Below, one piece after another: positions 26,397 to 36,526 of a DNA stretch of 64,000 nt (position 1 is the stretch's first letter; every line of letters starts with the position of its first letter). Origin of the DNA: Gekko japonicus (lineage: Eukaryota). The stretch covers positions 3,194,725 to 3,258,724 of the forward strand of contig NW_015166418.1 of the NCBI RefSeq assembly GCF_001447785.1. The letters are read 5' to 3'. Made by a program: the position numbers and the translations under genes. The notes beneath the pieces are model-generated. The model was given only the letters and a program-made list of their open reading frames with translations, did no database searches and was not told the DNA's origin.

Positions 26397-26662
26397 AAAG
26401 CTTGGTGTAGTGGTTAGGAGAGTGGTCTCTAATATGGGAGAACTGGGTTTCGATTCCCCAATGCTCCACATGCAGCTATTGGTGTGACCTTGGGTGAGTT
26501 ACAAGTTGCTTCAGAGCTGTTCTCTCATGAGCAGTTCTTGAAAGAGCTCTCTCAACCCCACCTACCTCACAGGGTGTCTGTTGTGGGGAGGGGAAGGGGA
26601 AGGAGATTGTAAGCCGCTCTGAGACTCCTTGCAGTAGTGAAGGGCGGGATATAAATCCTATC
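26397..26662 (+). mobile_element. Squam3-like SINE (long variant)
   Basis: GGTGTAGTGGTTAGGAG head, CCCACCTACCTCACAGGGTGTCTGTTGTGGGG, GGGCGGGATATAAAT end. Confidence 0.75.
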
Positions 26663-29600
26663 TCTTCTGGTAAAATTCATGCTGTTTTTGGGAAATGCAC
26701 CATATTGGATTCCGGAAGACTGTCAAACAGAAGAGCATCTGGAGCAAGAATGCCCTTTTACATCCTGACTTATTTTTCTTTCTTAACATATGTACTAATA
26801 AATGAGCGGGAAGGAAGGCAGAATGACCTCATTAGATCTTGGAAGCTAAGTCAGGATAGTACATGGATGGGAGACCCACCAAGGAAGACTCTGCAGAAGA
26901 AGGCAATGGGAAACCACCTCTCTTTTTCACTTGTCTTGAAAGCCCCTTGCTGGGGTCGCTGTGAACTGGCTGCAACTTGACAACACTTTACACACACATC
27001 ATCTGTAAATCTCTGAACCCATGGCACAACACAGAAAAGGCAGTTTCTAAGGCTGACCTTCTCAAACAGTAGGGTGTGCCTCAGGGAGGGGCAGACAAGA
27101 AGCTTGAGGAAGCACATTATTTTCTCCTACATCAATTGAGATCTGGATATGGTGGCACAGTTGTCAAAGAAACAAGGTGGCCCTGGAGTGAGTGCATGCC
27201 CAATCCAACTTCCTGAATTCTGCAACAGACTATATGAATGCAACTCTGTGTAATGAACTCCATGTGCTCACTCACCGAGCAGACAGTTGATAATGGACTG
27301 GGAGACTCAGAAGGTAAAGCAAGCCTGACCTTGTACATCCATTGCAGGGCACCACTTCTCAGAGTGTCTCCAACATGCCATGAAACATCTTTCTCTCTGC
27401 CTCTTTTATATCTGTACTGAACCCAACACTTGCTATTTTGCGTCCACTGGGATGGCCCTAGCATTACTGTTAAACAATATACCTGTGAGACTTTGCATGT
27501 CCTTGGTGTTTCATTTCCATTGGGCTGCTCCCTATGTAAAGTACCTATGCAGGCTTAGTTAGCATGCCAGAGTCTACAGCCCAGGCAGGTGGCACATGGA
27601 TGTACTAGCCAAGCATGCATAGCTGCTTTGCATGAGTACCAGCCCTATTTAAATAAGAAAATCCAAACAACAAGCGAAGAAGACTAGTGTCACAGGAGTC
27701 CCAAATATACAAGTTCCACTAGTAGAAAACACCATCAAAGATTGCCAAAACAATATATTAAACAATTATAAAGTTGGTGGTGTCACAACAACAACATTAA
27801 TGCATACTGTAACTATAATAAGGCATAAGATACATAAAGTCCATGTACTCAGTGTAACTTGATAACTTGATAGGAGTCCACATAGTCATAACATATTCCA
27901 AACAGCCTTTGCAAAGAGGCCCATTTTAGATATTTGGAAGATGCGTTTCCTTCGACTTCTCCAGTTTGCCGGCTGTGTAAGTGGAACCTGATTTCAGCAA
28001 TTTCAACAGACCACAAGGTTCATAGTGTAAGAAGCTCTGGATTGGGAAACCTATGATTCCGTTCTTACACTTAGCTATGGTAAATAAATATAACTTCAGG
28101 TTAAAGCTTGGGTAACTCTAAATGCTAGATGCTAGAGACATACAGACAATGGGGGAGAATTATTACTTTCTTCCCCAGCTTCAAGGAAGCATCAAGCTCA
28201 TTAAGGTTGGAAACAGCATGATCCTTGGCTTGATGGAACAAAACTTCTTTTGTTCTTATAGGAGGAAGTTTCAGTAAACTTTGTAGAACTTGACTCTGTA
28301 AACAAGCAAGAGGATTAAGCAGAAAAAATGGTCTTAAAAAGCCATGAAATGATGGAAGTCACTTGGGATCCCTCCATTAGGGAGAAGGAGAATGAACGAA
28401 GTTAATAAAAAACCAAAACAAATGTTGCCATATACATTCTCTTCTCTACCGGTGTGTATAACTTGAGTACACAAACATTTGTTCATGCTAGGGATGGCCA
28501 CAAATCGGCTGACAAACTGAAGTTTGTCACAAATCTTGGCCCGTTTGGGAGTTTGCTCAGCGGTTTGGATTAAATGGAAATCAAGGTTGCCTTTGCCCTC
28601 TCTTCCCCACAACTGAGAATGCAAGGAGTGAAAGGCGAGGAAGCCCAACCAAACACTCACTCTCTGTTCTGACCTTTTCCCAATGCCAGTCACTCACTGT
28701 CAACAGAAACAGGCAGCTCTTTTGGCGAGCAATATTTGTCTGGTCCACTTGTGTTTCTTCAATAATACCCCCGCCAAGAGTGAGTGAGTGAGCAACAGCA
28801 GCTCCCTCCTTGCCAGAACACCTATAGAAGAAGAATGTGAAGCACATGCTTTGGAAAGGACTCTTCAAGCTGCTCCAGACTGTACGTGCTGCCAGCACTG
28901 AGAGAGAGAGAGGGAGAAGAGAGGCTCAATCTCCTATTTTCCTGGCCTCAGCTTCTAAGAGGCAGTCATTGATATTCTAAGGACGGGGTGAATTTACACA
29001 CTAATTTATCTCTGGCCATTGAAGCCAAAATATTACTGGAATATTGCCATTAGGTCAGTGGACAAGACTGAATGAGCATCTTTCATTCAAGTTGACAGCT
29101 GGTATAGCTCTCTCTCTCACCTCTTTCTCACCTGGTGACAACTTTTTAAACTCCCAAATAAGGGGAGCTCCTTTTCAACCACTGAGCTCCAGTACTTGAA
29201 ATGCCCCAGGCAGAGAAATTTGGCCTACTTAAACAGAGAGCAATTTTTCCCCTAGAAAATATTTGAGGCTTGCTTCTTCTCTTTTTTTTTGTTGTCAGCC
29301 AATTAGTGTTACCCATCCTTAGTCCTGAAGCAGTATGCCCCTCAATAGGCTCTTAGCATGGACTCAACCCCAATGGGACCATTGGTCTACTATCAGTTAA
29401 GGTCCTAGATCTTCGCTTAGGTAACTGTCAGTTTCTGGCCTAGGCTGTCTGGCTCCCTTCTCTACCTACAATCCATAAAAATGCATCAGAATGCTTCATA
29501 TTTTCAAAGCATTTCAGGATGTTTGAAGCACCTCATGTAGTTCTCTCGATAAACCCATTTAATGCTAGTTACCCCTCATTTTGCAGACAGAGGGGGTTGA

Positions 29601-29785
29601 GAGATAATGGCTTGCCTAAGGTCTCCTTGGTGAATTTCTGCAAGATTTTAAACAAGAAACTGCCAAATTCACACTTCAAGCAACTACAGTATGATCACCT
29701 GCCGGCCCTGCTGCCCATTTCCCCCCTTCATCCTGCTTCAGGCTCCCTCAAACAGAACCTGAAGTTTTGACTGACCAGTCTGGAG

Positions 29786-29954
29786 CAGTGTTCCCTCTAA
29801 GCAGAGTTAGTGTGAACTAGTTCACAGGTTTTTTGGCCTCCAGCTCACACATTTTTGTCTTAGCTCAGGAAAGGTGGCTCCGGAGCGAATTAATTTATGC
29901 AGTACCCAAATTGCTCACTAACAACTTTAATGCCATAGATTAGAGGGAACATTG
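29786..29954. mobile_element. hAT MITE (TIR CAGTGTTCCCTCTAA)
   Basis: TIRs plus near-perfect 8-bp TSD GTCTGGAG/ATCTGGAG. Confidence 0.8.
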
Positions 29955-31718
29955 ATCTGGAGTGCCCTTTCTTAGAAATCTGCTTCCAGTGCTTATCCTA
30001 GTCTTCTTCAGCACTCACTGCTGATGTTATCCTTCAGCCTGCTAAGACTTGCATACCAAAGCAACCTGGAGTGATTGAACTACCTACAGCTCAGTGGCTG
30101 ACACTCTGATGTGGTACAAGCGTCTCAACAATTCACATAACTGGCCAAATTGCTTTAAAATCTCAGAAGAAAGCTGACAGATAAGGGGGGATCAAATGGT
30201 TTGGAAATACATATTCTCTGCATATCAACAGTGTCATAGGACAACACCTAAACTCTCTTCCTAGCAAATACTGAAATCTTTCTAAAGTTTTAGGTCAAAT
30301 CAATAGCAAACCCATTTATTTAGTCTACTCTGCCCTGTACTGTAACTCTTAATACAGAGGCAGCTCTACGGACTCCTTCAGCAATGGCTGCCGCCTCTTC
30401 TTCATGCACCAGGGGACATTACCATGGTTTCTGGAAAAAGCAGTGCAAAATGTTCCAACGGCAGCAAGCTGTTCACATTGAATGATGAGACTGCATAAAA
30501 CTCTACTGTGGGCGAGCTGTAGTAGGTAGTTGTTAAAAAATATAGCTGAAGCTGTATCCATGGCAACTGTTCTCCATGCAGCCTTAATTTGCAGTTCCAA
30601 AGATCCCTGCTGCAGGGCAAGGTGCTTTTTAGGTTTATTATTGGCAGCTTGTATACCTTATTTCCATACTAAACTGGCATACATGAAGTTAACACTAACT
30701 GAGCAGCAGTCCCAGTTGTTTTACTTCCCCGAAATGGTCTGGACTCCTGCTTAATTAAAGTTCAAGCAAAATTAAGACTCGGTCTAGACAAAAATGATGG
30801 CATATTAACAAAAAGATCTCCTTTTCTTTTTAAAAATTGCAAATAGGTTCAGGTGAACAGGATACATTCAGATCAGGACCCTGGCACAGGAGGCTTAATC
30901 TCTGCTCTTTGTGCTCTTTTTATACTACCAGTTTCCTCGGTGGGCTTATCTGCCCATGCCCAGAGGAAAAAGGTAGCAGCCTCCATTCTTCATTCCTATG
31001 AGCAGGCTTCAATGTTCTAAAGATAGAAGGGATATCTGTATGCTTTCAGAAATTCTACACCACCCTGAGAGTGTCCTCCAGCCCCAGAACAAACTCTTGG
31101 GGGGGACTTCACTCTCACTCACAGCACCAACGTGCCCCAAAGAAGCTGGGACACAATAAATTCCGGTCCTCCTACACAATGGGGTTTGGCAGCCAATGCA
31201 ACATTTTCATGCAGTATATGGCTAGGGAATTAAGTAGGAAAAGACCAGAGCGTGGGCAAAGACAACATTCTTGGTATTAACACCATAATCTGTGCAAAAG
31301 AGCATAACTCCTGCAAACAGAAAACTAGCAGGCCAGGAAGAAGGGTTCACAGCCCAGCCTTTGTGCACTCATACTATTTTTCTACATAAAGTCCCCCTTT
31401 AGTAGGGAGAGCTCAAAGCAGCAACCTCACCCCTACACCCTGAACACGTATACCACCAGCGTAAAGTGACACAGTCCAGGAAATGCTTTATCACTTAATC
31501 CTGCCAACTGTATAAATTAGTCCTATGACTCTGCAGCCAATTATGTAAAGAAGATTAATCTCAGGCCAATTTGCATGCTTCGCACTGTCAGACACTGGCT
31601 ACTGAATCGCTGAAAGCTGAATCTGCCGCTAACTGATTAACATATTATTTTTCTTCATATCCATATTTCTGTTCACCCTACATTGCTCAACATATTTTTG
31701 GAAGATTCGCTTCGTGAG

Positions 31719-31925
31719 CAGTGTTCCCTCTAAGCTGAGTTAGTGTGAGCTAGCTCACAGTTTTTTAGCCTCCGGCTCACACATTTTTTGTCTTAGCTCA
31801 GGAAGGACGGCTCCAGAGCAAGCTAATTTATGCAGTAGCCAAATCGCTTGCTCACAACTTTAATGCCAGAAGCCCACAAAGAAGGATTTTTGCTCACAAG
31901 TCTCCACAGCTTAGAGGGAGCATTG
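31719..31925. mobile_element. hAT MITE, same family as 29786-29954
   Basis: TIRs plus TSD TTCGTGAG/TTTGTGAG. Confidence 0.8.
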
Positions 31926-32029
31926 TTTGTGAGCACATAAAGAAACAACTAGAAGCCTGCTCTACCGAAGTTTTAACATTCTGAATCTCCCAGATCCAAC
32001 CACATTATGCCCTGGCCTGGATGATCCAG

Positions 32030-32208
32030 ACTAGCGCAATCTCGTCAGATCTCGAAAGCTAAGCAGGGGCGGCCCTGGTGAGTACATGGATGGCAGTCAA
32101 AGGCTGCTCTGCAGAGGCAGGCGATGGCACCTCTGTTGGTCTCTTGCCTTGCAAACCCTACGGGGTTGCCATGAGTTGGCTGCAACTTGACAACACTTTA
32201 CATACACA
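32030..32208 (+). mobile_element. 5S rRNA-derived SINE (related copies near 26822-26998 and 37324-37468)
   Basis: ATCTCGTCAGATCTCG.AAGCTAAGCAGGG..GGCCCTGGT.AGTAC.TGGATGG matches the 5S rRNA internal region, followed by a shared non-5S tail ending ..CACTTTACACACAC. Confidence 0.75.
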
Positions 32209-33637
32209 TAACCGTATTATAGCCAGATCTCAGAAAACACACCCAAAGGCTACAAATATACCCTGGCAATGAAGTTTTATATATGAACACTCATGTGTTT
32301 TCTATTAGCATGGTCAATACCAGGCAGAAGCTGATCTGCTGTTCTAATTCTAGTGATTAGGTATTTTATTTTATGGCCTTAGTTTCCTGGGTTCCATTTT
32401 GTTGGTTTAAACATTTGTGACTGTTGGGATGATTGAATCTTAATTGAAAAGCCGTTTTGAGGGTCCTTGTGAAAAAAAGCAGGGTACAAATACTGACAAG
32501 GAAAAAAGGAGAGAAACCCGAACAAATAAAGGTGCTCTGGTGTCTCAAGACTGTTGGTCTTCGAGATATATCCCTGAATGACTGTCAGCTACACAGCCTC
32601 TTTCCTCAATATTTTTTTCAATAGAAACAAGAGGGTTGGGCTGTACATTCTTGTACAGCTTCCATATTCCTCAGATTAACCAGTTTAGCTGGTGAAAAAA
32701 CTGTTGGAAGATAACTTTTCATTTAAATTATGGAACTGCAATTTCTTCAGCTCTTTAATAGAGAAGCCCCTCTTCTCACTCACTATCCATAAAGACACAT
32801 AGCTCTCGAGAAAAGATAATACGTCTGGTATATAGAGCAATATTTGTTGCATGGGCCTTGGAGAACACTAAGTTGGCTAACATTTTCTACTGGAGACGTC
32901 TGCTGGAGAATACGCACAACCTTTTGGGAGCATCACAGGATCCCTCTTTAGGCAAAATGAGAAGTGAAAGACAATGTCAGACATAAGCTAATATCACCCC
33001 ACCTTGAGCACATCCTCTAGAGAGGAGGCATAGGCATTTCCTAAATAAAAATTAATGTATCACCATGCAGTTCCCTTAAGCAGATTATGATAAATCTATC
33101 AACGGCCACTAGTCAAGGCAGCTAAAACTGTCCACACCAGCTGCTTTCTAAGATAAGAAGTGGCAAACTTCTCATTTGTGCCTTTGTGTACCAGGAAGGT
33201 CCTTTCGGCTGTCTGCGTGCACCCAATGCAGTAGTTTACTCATGAGTAGACTTGTTGGTGAAGAGCTGCAACATCTCCTGTCAGCAGATCTATTCATACA
33301 AGTGTAATCCATCCGGCCACTTAAAATATCCCCCCCACACATACACACAATATCGGAGTTACGTGAGAGTCAGTACCCAACAAATGTGTTTCAAAGTTGT
33401 GACATTGCCTTTGTTGTTATGGTTAGAAATACATTATGATTAAATGTAGAAATCAACCACTTCCAGTTCTCAAAATTAGTTGCAGTGAATGCAGCATTAA
33501 TTTCCCTGTATACACACACATCAAATTTCTGATAGGTTGAACAGGAAGGATGGTGGGGGTGGGAGAAAGACCGTTTATCAGTCCCTTGTTAAATAACTGA
33601 AACTGCACCACTGATGGCTGGCAATGCTGCTTCTTTG

Positions 33638-33753
33638 TGATGTCACCGCTGCCATAGAAACCATGTGTGCACACAAGTGAAAATGACATCTGGCAGCAGA
33701 AGAGCATGGAAAGTTGAGAGAGGAGGCAACATCTTCAGTCTGGCAGGGTCATC
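33638..33753 (+). promoter_or_regulatory. Conserved upstream module of AKAP4-like copy 2: TGATGTCA (33638-33645), X-box-like GCTGCCATAGAAAC (33648-33661), uORF ATG GAA AGT TGA (33706-33717)
   Basis: Colinear, high-identity match to 19953-20068. Confidence 0.75.
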
Positions 33754-33822
33754 AAAGCAGCTTAGGTGAGAAAGAACACCCCCTACGGTCCTAGGTACAG
33801 TTCCACTTCCAAGCCTCAAGCG

Positions 33823-36174
33823 ATGTCTCAGGAAGTTGACTGGTTACACAGCCAAGCTGGTGTGTGTAAGGTCGAACTCTACAACCCTGATGGAGGGAAA
33901 GACCAGGACCGGAAAGTGATTTGTTTTGTTGATGTCGCCAGCCTGAACATAAAAAGCACAGATGATAAAGATGCTGCTGGCCAGTCCAAAGACAGTGAAC
34001 CTGCCACAGGACTTGATCTGGGAAAAATGCAGGACAAAGAGGTCATTGTAATAAAAGATAGTGAGACACCCGAGCAGTCTAAGACTGAAGGAGCCGTATG
34101 CCTTTTCAAACAAGGTTCAACAGAAGAACTTAATGTTGTGACCTGGCTCTTTGATGACCTACAGAAATATGCATGTGGATTTCAACATGCACTGACCCCT
34201 TCTTCGAGCTCCCCTCGTCAACCTAAACCATCAGCAGCTGACAAGATGTCCCAGAACAACAACAACACGGCTTTCAAATCTTCCACTGGTCAGAAAGTAC
34301 CTGCAGATGAAGTAGCAGGCACCGTCCAAAAGCTCTGTTCTTTGGTTATGCAAATGGCCAGTAAAGAGATCTCTGAAAATTTGGAAGATGCAGCCAGCAA
34401 GTGTATACGCCAGGCAATTTATGCCACAAAAGATGGGAAACCTCTCAATCCTGGTTCTGTAAGTCAGGTTGCATCCAAGATGGTGAATGATGCCATGGAA
34501 AATGCTCAGGATCCCAGCGCTAAGTCTTCTCAAGACAAGCTTTCGGGCAAGAAGGAAGAAGGTAAAGGAGGTCCCAAGAAAACCTCTCTCTTTTATGGTG
34601 AAGTATGTTCCAACCAAAGTGAATCTATTCAGGAAGAAGAAACAAAGCTACCATGTACTCAAATAAGCCACCAAAAGAGACAGTCAGCTCGCAATGATGG
34701 TAGCTCCTTTAACAAAGGGCTAATGGTTTATGCTAACAAAGATGCTAAGGATATGACATTTTCATTTGTGAAGGCCACAAAGGTTCACAAGAGGCAGCCA
34801 CTGCCAGCCTGTGTGGTTTTGAAAAGAGTGTTCCTTAAGCACACAAGGGATGTCATATCAGACTTAATTGATTCTACAATGAAAAATCTACATAATGTCA
34901 CTGGAGTCCTAATGACAGACTCTGACTTTGTTACTACAGTTAAGAAGAATCTCTTCAATACAGGAACTCAGAAGTCAACTGAGATTTTAGAAGCAATGGT
35001 ACTACGAATGTATAATGCTCTGATGTCAGAAACTAAGGACAAAGGGCATAGTCTTGTATACTCTTTACTAAAAACAGGATGTACAATGGACCCAAATTCT
35101 CAAAGTATGCATTTCGCATCTCTGAAAGGTGGACTACATGCGAGGGAAAAGGGAAAGGAGGCACCACACTCATCGGCCCAGAAAGTAGGTGAGACAATAA
35201 TTAAAGACGGAATTAGCATGCTACGCTCAAAAACATCGGGAGGCAAAGGTCCAGACAAGGGATGTCATGACAGGAGGTCAGAGAAAAGTAACTCCACAAC
35301 TGAATTTCTAGCAAAAGACCTCATCTTGACAGCTTTAATGATGATTCAGCAGCATCTGTTAACTCAGCACAAGGAACCAATTTCTGAGTCAAATACTTCT
35401 TCATTTGGGTATTTTGAAAAAGGAGGCAAACATGGTTCTAGATCTCATGGTTGCAAGGGTGATCCACAGCAACAGGAATTCCAGAAAGGAGAAATACAAA
35501 GCGCTCTCCTTTCTATAATCTCAAAGGTCCTACAAGAGGCTGGTTTCAATGTAGATGAGTGTGAGATAAGCAAGAAACCCAATTCATGTGATGAGAGGAC
35601 TACCAGAAAGTCTTCATCCAAACACTACAGTTCAGAGATGGACTCTGAAAACATGGATCAAATAAACAAGAAATTCATCGATCAGCTGATGGAATCTGTG
35701 ATGAAGCTGTGTATGTACATGACTAAAAGTCCCGATTTTGTTGTGGAAGATTACTCTGATGAACAAGGAACATGCTTTACTGCAAGAAACAAAGGTGCAT
35801 CAACTCCAGATTCAATGACATCACAGAAACCTCCACGACCAACATCTATTGGAAAGCCACTGGTGCCTGCAGGCTCTGAGGTGATAGTGAACAACCAGAG
35901 TTCCAACACCAGTATGCAGAACAAAGAGCTCCAGGCTATCCTCCAGTGGATGGCTGCCTCCCACTTCCAAGTGCCCAACCTCACATTCATGAATGAGAAT
36001 GATGAGGAACTGAAGAAGCTTCCTCAGCTTGCGGACAAAGCAGCTAAGAAGGGTTCAAGTGTGGGAGATATTCTGCAGGAGGTAATGAGGTATTTTGAAA
36101 AACAACAGATTGATGCCGCTGTGGGAAACATGCCTCGTGGCGGACTTCTCGACTGGTTGCTTGTTAATCTGTAG
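33823..36174 (+). CDS. Intronless AKAP4-like A-kinase anchoring protein, copy 2 (783 aa from MSQEVDW), nested antisense in PHC3 intron 6
   Basis: The track ORF starts at a GTG (33766). The first ATG, at 33823, aligns with the copy 1 start and with AKAP4 MSDDIDW. The same family motifs run through to DWLLVNL-stop. Confidence 0.95.
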   Translation: MSQEVDWLHSQAGVCKVELYNPDGGKDQDRKVICFVDVASLNIKSTDDKDAAGQSKDSEPATGLDLGKMQDKEVIVIKDSETPEQSKTEGAVCLFKQGSTEELNVVTWLFDDLQKYACGFQHALTPSSSSPRQPKPSAADKMSQNNNNTAFKSSTGQKVPADEVAGTVQKLCSLVMQMASKEISENLEDAASKCIRQAIYATKDGKPLNPGSVSQVASKMVNDAMENAQDPSAKSSQDKLSGKKEEGKGGPKKTSLFYGEVCSNQSESIQEEETKLPCTQISHQKRQSARNDGSSFNKGLMVYANKDAKDMTFSFVKATKVHKRQPLPACVVLKRVFLKHTRDVISDLIDSTMKNLHNVTGVLMTDSDFVTTVKKNLFNTGTQKSTEILEAMVLRMYNALMSETKDKGHSLVYSLLKTGCTMDPNSQSMHFASLKGGLHAREKGKEAPHSSAQKVGETIIKDGISMLRSKTSGGKGPDKGCHDRRSEKSNSTTEFLAKDLILTALMMIQQHLLTQHKEPISESNTSSFGYFEKGGKHGSRSHGCKGDPQQQEFQKGEIQSALLSIISKVLQEAGFNVDECEISKKPNSCDERTTRKSSSKHYSSEMDSENMDQINKKFIDQLMESVMKLCMYMTKSPDFVVEDYSDEQGTCFTARNKGASTPDSMTSQKPPRPTSIGKPLVPAGSEVIVNNQSSNTSMQNKELQAILQWMAASHFQVPNLTFMNENDEELKKLPQLADKAAKKGSSVGDILQEVMRYFEKQQIDAAVGNMPRGGLLDWLLVNL

Positions 36175-36320
36175 ACAAGAGCCAACACCTCCCTCTCATT
36201 ACTTCCACCCAGCGAAGTGCCACCTTAGTTATTGGATGGAACAACCATACAGCTCATTTTCCATAGACAACACTTCATCAAATTCCACAGGCTGTAACAC
36301 ACTAGCTGGGCAAAGTCATC

Positions 36321-36330
36321 AATAAAAAAA
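36321..36330 (+). terminator. Polyadenylation signal of AKAP4-like copy 2
   Basis: AATAAAAAAA about 146 nt after the stop, in the same context as copy 1. Confidence 0.7.
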
Positions 36331-36341
36331 TACAAATGTCA

Positions 36342-36526
36342 ACTGTTACTGATTTGTTTATTAATTCATATGTAGATATGATTTGTTTATTAATTCATAT
36401 GTAGATATGATCAATGAGGGTGGAAATTATCCATGTAACAGACACACACTGTTACTGATTTGTTTATTAATTCATATGTAGATATGATCAATGAGGGGGG
36501 AAATTATCCATGTAACAGACACACAC
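36342..36526 (+). repeat. Nested tandem duplication just downstream of the copy 2 poly(A) signal (about 78-bp unit x2; the first unit carries an extra 29-bp internal repeat)
   Basis: TGATTTGTTTATTAATTCATATGTAGATA x3 and TGATCAATGAGGG.GGAAATTATCCATGTAACAGACACAC x2. Confidence 0.85.

Noticed and set aside
32030-32095. 5S rRNA gene
   Set aside because: Partial and diverged, and joined to a tail shared with other dispersed copies; it is a 5S-derived SINE.
33766-33794. Possible mini-intron GTGAGA...CCTAG in the copy 2 leader
   Set aside because: At 29 nt it is too short for a vertebrate spliceosomal intron, and it is not shared by copy 1.
33766-33822. 19-aa N-terminal extension of copy 2 in the ORF track
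   Set aside because: It starts at GTG. The ATG at 33823 aligns with copy 1 and with AKAP4, so the extension is most likely 5' UTR.
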